From Rheinheimera sp. (GTDB lineage Bacteria; Pseudomonadota; Gammaproteobacteria; Enterobacterales; Alteromonadaceae): DNA of 64,000 nt. Position 1 is the stretch's first letter; each line of letters opens with the position of its first letter. Positions 34,825-44,400 of this stretch are shown here, piece after piece. Under the pieces are notes generated by a model that searched no databases, was not told where the DNA came from, and saw only the letters and a program-made list of their open reading frames with translations. The stretch is from assembly GCA_037968955.1 (NCBI GenBank), contig JBBKWN010000146.1, forward strand, positions 1,051 through 65,050, read 5' to 3'. Both the position numbers and the translations under genes were made by a program.

Positions 34825-37800
34825 ATGAATATTACTGATATTTTTATCAAAAAACCGGTGTTAGCTATTGTTGTTAGCTTATTGATTTTGCTCGCTGGTT
34901 TTCAATCGTTGAGTACCTTATCTGTCCGGCAATACCCGCGTAGTGATATTGCGGTGATTAAAATTACCACGGTGTACGTGGGGGCCAACTCTGAGTTAGT
35001 CCGCGGTTTTATTACCAGTCCGATTGAGCGTGCTATCGCATCGGCCGGTGGCATCGATTACGTTGAATCGCAAAGTACGATGGGCGTTTCAACCATCAGT
35101 GCGCATTTACATTTAAACTACGATCCCCTCAAAGCAATGACTGAGATCACCGCCAAAGTGAATCAGGTGCGCGGCGAGCTGCCGCCTGAAGCGGAAGTGC
35201 CTTCTATCGCGATTGAAGCGGCCGATAGCCAGTTTGCTTCAGCCTACTTAAGTTTTAGTTCGGACATTCTGGCGCAAAATCAAATTACTGAGTTTTTATC
35301 GCGCTCAGTACAGCCGCGATTGATCGCCATTTCCGGTGTCCAAAAAGCCGAAATATTGGGTGGTCGAACTTTTGCCATGCGGATTTGGTTAAAACCAGAG
35401 AAAATGGCCGCTTATAGTGTGACTCCAAGCGATGTCAGAACCGCATTGGCCAATAATAATGTGCAAGCAGCGATTGGCCAGACCAAAGGTACTTACACCG
35501 CCGTCAATCTTAGCGCCAACGCCGACATGACCAATGTAGAGGATTTCAAACGCCTAGTCGTGCGGCAAAATTCCGATGGTGTGGTGCGGTTGCAGGATAT
35601 TGCCGATGTGGTGCTCGGCGCTGATGATTACAGCGTTGAAGTTAATTACTCCGGTCAGACGGCGGTATTTATGGGCGTGTTTGTGGCGCCAAACGCCAAC
35701 AGCCTCGATGTGATTAAAAAGGTCACTGAGGAAATGAAAGCTATTCAGGCCGACTTGCCGGCCGGTTTAAGTGGCGAAGTCTCCTATGACGCGACCAAAT
35801 ACATTCAGGCGGCAATTGATGATGTGATCAAAACGCTGGCAGAAACGTTGACCATTATTATCATCGTTATTTTCCTATTTTTAGGCTTTAGCCGCTCGGT
35901 ATTAATTCCGGTGATTGCCATTCCATTGTCGTTGATCGGTGCGCTGTTTATTATGAAGTTGTGTGGTTTTTCACTCAATTTGCTCACATTATTGTCAATA
36001 GTGCTGGCGGTCGGTCTTGTTGTCGATGACGCCATTGTGATGGTTGAAAACATTGAGCGGCATATTCAGGAAGGGTTAAAACCATTTCAGGCGTCGCTGG
36101 TTGCCGCGCGCGAACTGGCTGGGCCGGTTATTGCAATGACGGTCACCTTGATGTCGGTGTACGTGCCTATTGGCTTGCAGGGCGGTTTAACCGGCACTTT
36201 ATTTCGTGAGTTTGCCATCACACTCGCCGGCGCGGTGGCTATTTCAGCCATTGTTGCTATTACCTTGTCGCCGATGATGGCATCGAGAATGCTCAAACCG
36301 CACACCGAATTAAAAGCACCCTTATCGAAAATATTTGACCGTTTTACCGTCTTTTACAGTCGAAAACTAAACCAGACCCTGCAAAACCGGCTTGGGATTT
36401 ATATCTTCTGGCTGGGTATCACTGCGATGACGGTGCCACTTTATATGTTTTCGGCAAAAGAGTTAGCGCCCAATGAAGATCAAGGCGTTATTTTCGGCAT
36501 TGTTGACGCGTCAGCCAACGCCACCATTGACCAATCGGCTTTTTATGGCAAACAAGCTAATCAGGTATTTATGAATGTGCCTGAAACCGACTTTACCTTC
36601 CAGATCACCTTTCCCAGTGGTGGTTTTGGCGGTATGGTGGTGAAACCATGGGACGAGCGGGAACGCACCACGGCCGAAATTTTGCCGGAAGTACAACAGA
36701 AATTAAGTGAGATTGCCGGCATCCGTATTTTCCCAATTGTGCCCGCAGCGTTACCTGGTGGGGGGCAGTTCCCGGTGGAGTTTGTTATTGCCTCGACGGC
36801 GGACTCGCGGGAAATTTATGACTACGCCTTAAAACTGCAAGAAACATTAACTGCCAGTGGCATGTTTGCTTTCCCGCCGATGCTCGATATGAAAGTCGAC
36901 CAACCAGAATACCGGTTGCATATTGACCGCGAAAAAGTAGCGGATTTGGGGCTGGATATGCGTACCGTCACCCAGGATTTGGGTACTTTGCTGGGCGGCG
37001 GTTACGTTAATCGCTTTAATATGTCTGGGCTCAGTTATAAAGTGATCCCACAAGTACAGCGTTCAGGGCGATTAAACCCTGAAGATCTCGAAAATCTCTA
37101 TATCACCGGCCCTGAGAATAGCCTGATTCGGCTAGACCAAATTGCCAGTATGACGCATGACACCGTGCCACGTAGCATCAATCGGATGCAGCAATTGAAT
37201 GCGGTGAAAATTAGTGGGGTGACCATCCAGCCGTTAGACGCCACGTTGACCTACATGGAAAAAGAGGCGAAAAAGCTGTTGCCAGCCAGTTATTCAATTG
37301 ATTACACAGGGGAATCACGTCAGTTAAAGCGGGAAGGGAACACCTTCTTGCCGGCATTTTTAACAGCGTTGACGATGATATTCCTGGTTCTTGCAGCGCA
37401 GTACAACAGTTTCCGTGATCCGATTGTGATCCTTGCCGGCTCAGTGCCGCTGGCGATGTTTGGTGCTTTGTTGTTTACCTTCTTAAAAATGTGGGCACCG
37501 ATGCCGCATTACACCGATGCGATTACCAGTACGCTGAATATCTACTCACAAGTGGGTCTGGTGACCTTAGTGGGCTTGATTGCGCGCAATGGTATTCTGG
37601 TGGTGGAATTTGCCAACAGATTACAAGAAGAAGGTTTAAGTAAAATTGAAGCGGTGCGTCAGGCGTCGGTATTGCGGTTGCGGCCGGTATTGATGACCAG
37701 TATCGCCACTGTTGCCGGCCATACGCCGCTGATTTTTGCCGAAGGTGCCGGCGCTGCAGCGCGCAATTCTATTGGTATTGTGCTGGTATTGGGGATGACC

Positions 37801-37905
37801 GTCGGTACTATTTTCACCTTGTTTGTCTTGCCGTCTATTTATGTGTTGTTGGCGAAGGATCATCAAGCAGACCAAGCGAAAGTTCAGGCGTTAGAGTCAG
37901 CATAA
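34825..37905 (+). CDS. RND (AcrB/HAE1-type) efflux transporter permease
   Basis: 1026 aa. The N-terminus IFIKKPVLAIVVSLLILLAG is typical. It has 12 TM segments with two large periplasmic loops and the conserved VVDDAIVMVENIERH motif. Confidence 0.93.
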   Translation: MNITDIFIKKPVLAIVVSLLILLAGFQSLSTLSVRQYPRSDIAVIKITTVYVGANSELVRGFITSPIERAIASAGGIDYVESQSTMGVSTISAHLHLNYDPLKAMTEITAKVNQVRGELPPEAEVPSIAIEAADSQFASAYLSFSSDILAQNQITEFLSRSVQPRLIAISGVQKAEILGGRTFAMRIWLKPEKMAAYSVTPSDVRTALANNNVQAAIGQTKGTYTAVNLSANADMTNVEDFKRLVVRQNSDGVVRLQDIADVVLGADDYSVEVNYSGQTAVFMGVFVAPNANSLDVIKKVTEEMKAIQADLPAGLSGEVSYDATKYIQAAIDDVIKTLAETLTIIIIVIFLFLGFSRSVLIPVIAIPLSLIGALFIMKLCGFSLNLLTLLSIVLAVGLVVDDAIVMVENIERHIQEGLKPFQASLVAARELAGPVIAMTVTLMSVYVPIGLQGGLTGTLFREFAITLAGAVAISAIVAITLSPMMASRMLKPHTELKAPLSKIFDRFTVFYSRKLNQTLQNRLGIYIFWLGITAMTVPLYMFSAKELAPNEDQGVIFGIVDASANATIDQSAFYGKQANQVFMNVPETDFTFQITFPSGGFGGMVVKPWDERERTTAEILPEVQQKLSEIAGIRIFPIVPAALPGGGQFPVEFVIASTADSREIYDYALKLQETLTASGMFAFPPMLDMKVDQPEYRLHIDREKVADLGLDMRTVTQDLGTLLGGGYVNRFNMSGLSYKVIPQVQRSGRLNPEDLENLYITGPENSLIRLDQIASMTHDTVPRSINRMQQLNAVKISGVTIQPLDATLTYMEKEAKKLLPASYSIDYTGESRQLKREGNTFLPAFLTALTMIFLVLAAQYNSFRDPIVILAGSVPLAMFGALLFTFLKMWAPMPHYTDAITSTLNIYSQVGLVTLVGLIARNGILVVEFANRLQEEGLSKIEAVRQASVLRLRPVLMTSIATVAGHTPLIFAEGAGAAARNSIGIVLVLGMTVGTIFTLFVLPSIYVLLAKDHQADQAKVQALESA

Positions 37906-37926
37906 TGCTACGATGTTGTCATAGAT

Positions 37927-37952
37927 AAAAAAGGAGCTTCGGCTCTTTTTTT
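37927..37952. terminator. Terminator-like hairpin after the RND operon
   Basis: aaaaaaggagc, loop ttcg, gctctttttttt: an A-tract, hairpin and T-tract. Confidence 0.55.
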
Positions 37953-38217
37953 GTTTCTGCCAGAAAGGCTTGTTCGCATTGCATTCACTGTTTTCCAGCC
38001 ACTTTAGATATTTGAAATTGGGTGCTCAGTCTTTAGTGCAAAGGCTGTTGTCAACAGAGTTTCTGACGAGAGTATCTGCTCAGTTACTGATTGTTTGTTT
38101 GATTTTTGTACGGATGACCAGTTTGCGTGAGGCTTACACTTAAATTCTTTGGCACAACTGCATTTAAAGGTGTTATTCCGGATTGAAAGCTACATTTAAT
38201 TGCTATGCTGAAGCGAC

Positions 38218-38267
38218 ATTGTTCCTAAAATAAAATTGTTCCTAAAATAAATTCGTCCCCAAAATAA
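38218..38267. repeat. 16-17-bp tandem repeat x3 upstream of the giant ORF
   Basis: attgttcctaaaataa (38218-38233), attgttcctaaaataa (38235-38250), attcgtccccaaaataa (38251-38267). Confidence 0.9.
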
Positions 38268-38407
38268 CACTGTCGTGTTAATAGCAAAGCTGATATATAC
38301 TTTAGTTTCAGCTTATAAATGTTTAAAAACAATAATTTAAAAGGAATTGTTATGTCATGGCAGCAAAATAAGCTCCAATATCATCAGTCAGTCGAGGGTT
38401 TAAATTT

Positions 38408-41400
38408 ATGCAAAATTTAACACGTTATTGGGCTGCTTTTTGTATTGCCATGACCATAGTCAGTAGCGCGGCTTATGCGGCGTCCATTCCAAGTAATCTT
38501 ACGATAGATTTTAATAGCGCTGGCTTTGGGAATAATGTCAGTCATGGTTCTAATACGTTTACCCAGGGCGATATTACTATCACTTACAATGAAGGGAATT
38601 GGTATCAGGTGACAACTAATGGTCAGGCTGGTACCGCCGCCTTGTTTGCGCCATATTCTAGTGGTTTTACCGAAACAGTCACAATACAAACCACTTCAGG
38701 TGACGAATTTGATTTTGTAAGTTTTTATTATAACAAGGGTTTTGACAACGTTGGCGTAGTAAAAGGTTATCGTAACGGCGGCTTGGTTGCTTCTGAAACG
38801 CCAGCAACAGGCAGCGGTACCAAGTCTTTCAGCGCAAGTTTTGATGCGGTAGACCGGGTGGTCATTAGTTCGGGTAGCAATGGTTTTTATGATTATTTTG
38901 ATACCTTTGTGTTAAACACCGCGACATATCCAGCCGCCACTATCACCAGCGCCACCTACGATGCCAATACGGGTGTGCTTGCTGTCACCGCCGTTGATAT
39001 GACCGTCAGCGATACCATTGATGTCTCTAAACTTACCTTAACCGGGCGCAATGGCGGTAGTTATACCCTGACCAGCGCCAATGTTGCTGCCACCAATGCC
39101 ACGGCTTTTGCGGTGACGTTAAATGCCAACGACAAACGTGTTGTGAATGGTTTACTGAATAAAAACGGTACTGCGTCGGTGGATACGACTACTTATAATC
39201 TAGCTGCCGCGACCAACTGGGATCAGACCGCTTCTGCGGCCGCTGATTTAACCGGCAACGGTATTACCGTCAGTAATGTTGCAACGCCTACACTAACTTC
39301 TGCCACATATGACAGCAGCACCCATGTACTTAGTGTCACCGGCACTAATCTGGTTAGTATTTTGGGTGCAACTAATGACATTGTGGTCAGTTATTTAACC
39401 TTCACCGGCGAAGGTGGGGCGACTTATACCTTAACCAGCAGTGATGTTGACATCACTAGTGCAACTGCATTTACAGTGACATTAAACGGCACTGATCAGG
39501 CGGGCGTGGAACCTATGCTAAATAAAAATGGCACCAGCTCAACCTCCGGGACAACTTATAACCTGGCCGCCGCTGATGATTGGAATAGTGAGGTCACCGG
39601 AGGCAATATTGCCGACCTGGCCGGCAACGGTGTGACCGTTTCTAATGTGCCTGTTCCTACAATTACTGCCGTATCCTATGACGCCAGCACTGGTGCTTTG
39701 GTGGCTGCGGGTACGAACTTTGTTTCAAAAGCTGGCGCTGCCAATGACATCGTGGCCAACAAAATGACCTTTCGAGGTGAGGCTGGCGCGACTTACACCC
39801 TGACCGATACCAGCGATGTTGAGATTAGCTCCCAAAGCAGTTTTACCTTGACTCTAAGCGCCACTGATAAGGCCGGCGTTAATCTGATCGTGAATAAAAA
39901 TGGCGGCTCTTCCACTGATAGTTCTACCTATTTATTCGATGCCGCTGAGGATTGGAATGCCGGGGCCGAGGCTGTATTGAACATTGCTGATGCATCGAAC
40001 AATATGACTGCCAGCAATGTCGCGGTGCCGACGATTACCAGCGCACTATACAGTGCATCTACCGGCGTATTAACGGTCAGTGGTACAGGCTTTTCCCGCA
40101 AAGGGGGCGCCACCAACGATATCGTTGCCAATAAGTTTACGCTTACCGGTGAGTCAGGTGGCACATACACTTTAACGGACACCGCGAATGTGGAGGTTAC
40201 CTCGGGTAGCAGCTGTACTCTGACCTTAAGCGCTACTGATAAAACGGGCGCGAATGCAATTTTAAATAAAAACGGCACCAGCTCAACGGACAATACCACC
40301 TACAATTTAGCCGCGGCAGAAGATTGGGCGGCAGGCGCCGATGCAGCTGTGACCGTCGCTGATTTAGCGGGCAATGGTATTTTGGTCAGCAACGTTTTTG
40401 CAGTACCGGGTGCACCCACTATCGGCACTGCCACTGCAGGGGATACTCAAGTCAGCGTGTCCTTTAGCGCGCCAGCTTCCGATGGCGGTACAGCAATTAC
40501 CGGCTATACCGTAACGTCAAACCCTGGCGGTGCCAGTGTATCTGGCGCTAGTGGCCCCTTGGTTGTTACCGGCTTAACCAATGGTGTTGCTTATACCTTT
40601 ACCGTGACGGCGACCAATAACGTCGGTACCGGTTCAGCCTCGGCGGCTTCAAACAGCGTGACGCCAAAGGCCGCTCAAATCATTACCTTTAATAATCCAG
40701 GGGCACAAAATTTTGACAGCACACCCACCTTGTCTGCCACGGCAAGCTCGAGCTTAGCACCAAGCTTTAGTTCAGCGACTACAGGGGTGTGTACCATCAC
40801 TAGTGGTGGGGCTTTAACCTTTGTGACAGCAGGCACTTGTACTATTAATGCCGATGAGGAGGGTAATGGCAGTTACTTAGCGGCAGCCACCGTAGCGCGA
40901 TCATTTAGTGTTAATGCAGTGGTCCCAGGCGCCCCTACCGCAGCGTCGGCTACCGCAAGCGATACGCAAGCTAGCGTAGCTTTCTCTGCGCCCGCATTTA
41001 CCGGTGGCGCTGCAATTACAGGTTATACCGTGACTTCAAGCCCCGGTGGGTTGACTGGTGCAGGGGTTGTTTCACCTCTGACGGTTACAGGCCTCACTAA
41101 CGGCGTTGCTTATACCTTTACCGTCACGGCGACTAACTCGGCGGGCACTGGTACAGCATCTGCGGCCACTAGCAGTGCTACGCCGAAAGCAACACAAAGC
41201 ATTAGCTTTGCCAATCCCGGTGCACAAAACTTTGGCACTGCCCCCACTTTGAGTGCAACCGCAGATTCTGGTTTGACGCCGATATTTACCTCGGCTACAA
41301 CTGGGGTTTGTACAATTACTAGCGGCGGGCAGCTAACAACTGTCACTGCAGGAACTTGTACAATTAATGCCAATGAGGCAGGAGACGGTACTTATTTAGC

Positions 41401-44400
41401 TGCTGCACAAGTGAGTCGTTCATTTAGTATCAATGCAATAGTTCCGACGGCCCCGACTGCCGCGAATGCGCTTGCAGGCGATGCTCAGGCAACTGTCAGT
41501 TTTACTGCGCCTGCTTTCACCGGCGGTGCCGCTATTACTGGCTATACCGTAACCTCCAATCCTGGCGCTATTACCGCCTCTGGTTCAGGTTCGCCAATCA
41601 CGGTCAGTGGCTTAACGAATGGCACGGCTTATACTTTTACCGTCACCGCGACCAACAGTGTTGGCAGCAGCGGGGCGTCTGCAGCTTCCAACAGTGTGAC
41701 GCCGCAGGTTCCAAATTCCGCGCCAACAATTAGCGGCAGTCCTGCCACTTCGGTGGCGCAGGATACGGCTTATAGTTTCACGCCGCTTGCCAATGATGCT
41801 GATACCGGTACTACCCTCACGTTTAGTATTAGCAATCAACCCGCGTGGGCTACTTTTGACACCACCTCCGGCACTTTAGCGGGGACGCCAGCCAAAAGTG
41901 CTGTCGGCAACTATCCAGCGATTGTGATTAGCGTCTCTGATGGCAGCCTGAGCGCGGCGCTGCCGGCATTTAGTATCGAAGTGACTAATGTCAACGACGC
42001 TCCCACGATTAGCGGTGCACCCGCCACCACCGTGGCGCAGAACGCGACCTATAGCTTTATACCAACTGCCAGTGATTTGGATGCCGGCACTACTCTGACA
42101 TTCAGTATCAGCAATAAACCTGCATGGGCTGCCTTTAGCACCACGACCGGCGCTTTAACCGGGACGCCATCACAAAGTGATGTAGGTAGTTATGCCGGTA
42201 TTGTGATTTCAGTGTCTGACGGCATCTTAAGTGCGTCACTGCCTGCTTTTAATATCGACGTTACTAATGTCAACGATGCGCCAACGATTAGCGGTTTGCC
42301 GATGACGTCGGTGGCACAGGGTGTAGCTTATAGCTTTGTGCCAACAGCCAGCGATCCAGACACCGGCAGCACGTTATCTTTTACCATCAGTAATAAACCT
42401 GCCTGGGCGACATTTGATTCTGCCACTGGTGCGTTAACCGGCACCCCAAAACGAGCTGATGTCGGAACGACGCAGGGCATTGTTATTTCAGTTTCTGACG
42501 GTGAGCTCAGTGCCAGTCTTGCCGCTTTTAATTTGGAGGTGTTTTCCACGAACTCGGCGCCAACGGCCATTGATGATAACTTGACGCTGCCTTTTAGCTT
42601 GAATAACCGCTATCAACTGAATGTCACGGCCAATGACACCGATCCAGAGCAAGACGCGTTGTTGGTGACCGCGGCGAATAGCAGCGCAGGCCAAGTCAGC
42701 ATTGTAGATAATCAACTGTTACTGCAGGCTCCGGCCAACTTTCATGGCACCGTCAATTTAACTTACAGCGTGTCTGATGGTGAGTTTAGTGCTCAGGCAA
42801 AAGTAAGTTTATTGATTTCCGGCAGTAATCCGGATGCACCAAAAATAACGGTTCCTAATGATATTCGCATCAATGCGACCGGCCTTTTAACCAAGGTTGA
42901 TGTCGGTGTTGCCACGGCTATTGATGCTTTGGGAAATCGTATTGCGGTTAATTTAGATAATGGACGGCCGGTATTTAGCCCAGGTAAGCATCAACTGTAT
43001 TGGCGCGCGACGGATGCAAAAGGCGTGACCAGTGTGGCAAGCCAGCTGTTAGAAATTAAGCCGTTGTTGTCGTTGAGTAAACCTAAAGTCACCGCCAACA
43101 ATACTCAGGTGAGTGTGGACGTATTACTCAATGGCCCTTCGCCAGTGTATCCCGTAGACGTCGCCTATAGTGTCAGCGGCAGCGCCACGCCATTGGCCGA
43201 CCATGACTTAACCAGCGGTGTGCTGCAAATTACTTCCGGCACCAGCGCCACCATCAACATCAAGGTGTTTGCCGATTTAGTCACCATAGCGGAAAAAGAC
43301 TTGGTGGTTACCTTAACTGGTGATGCCAATCTGGGCGCCGACCGCAGTACCCGCATTTTAATTACCGACCGCAATTTGCCGCCAACTGTGGCGTTAACCG
43401 CGACACAACAATCGACCACCGGTGGGCTCTTTAGTATCACCGCAGGCGCTATAGTTGTCGATGCTCAGGTTGTTGATGCCAACACGGCAGACACCGTTAC
43501 CCGGCAATGGTTGACCGATCCTGCGTTAATCAACATTGCCACTGATCCGGCCAAGTTTGAATTTGACCCCGCATCGCTTGCGCCCGGAGTGTATAAGGTC
43601 GCATTGCAGGCAACCGACAATGCCAACGAGCCGCTTAGCGTTACCAAAGAACTATTGTTGCGGATTGTTAAAGATTTGCCTGTGCTTGGCAGTGGCGACA
43701 GTAATAACAATCTGATCCCTGATAATATTGAAGGCGCGGGAGATAGCAATGGCAATGGTATCCCGAACTATCTGGATAACATGCCGAGCACTAATATCTT
43801 GCCACAAGTCATTACAGTGACTAACTCTTACCTGCTGGAGTGTGATCCGGGCGTGCGCTGTGGTTTAGGTTTGTTTGCCTTAGGCGGTCAATCGGGTGGT
43901 GTGCAAATTCTGAATAGCGAATTAGGTGGTTCGAATCAAGTACCACTGGATGAGAGTTTCACCCCAGTCGGCGGTATCTTTGATTTTGTCATCGATGAAC
44001 TACCGACGCCTGGTCAACAAGTCAGCATCGTAATTCCACAAATCGAACCAATCCCTCGCGCAGGTACATATCGCAAGTTCCAAAAAGGACGCTGGGTGAG
44101 CTTCATTGAAAATGCGAATAACCGTCTGGCCTCCGCTCAGGGCAGTGCCGGTTATTGCCCACCACCAGGCGCAGCTGAATGGCAACCAGGGTTAATTGAA
44201 GGCTATCACTGTGTGCAGTTAACTATTGAGGATGGCGGGCCGAATGATGACGACGGCCTTGTTAATAGTGCAGTTTCTGATCCAGGTAGTGTGATGGTGC
44301 CGCGCAGTAATAATCAGCTGCCTAAAGCCATGGCAGATACTTATTCACTGCAGTGGAATCAAGCGCATCAACTTCGTGTGCTGGACAATGATAGCGATGC

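Noticed and set aside
38218-38267. Short tandem repeats (also at 5630, 49092, 57604 and 58920) considered as CRISPR arrays or a dispersed repeat family.
   Set aside because: The units are 14-18 bp with no unique spacers, at most four copies, and no cas genes. The unit sequences are unrelated to one another, so they are independent local duplications.
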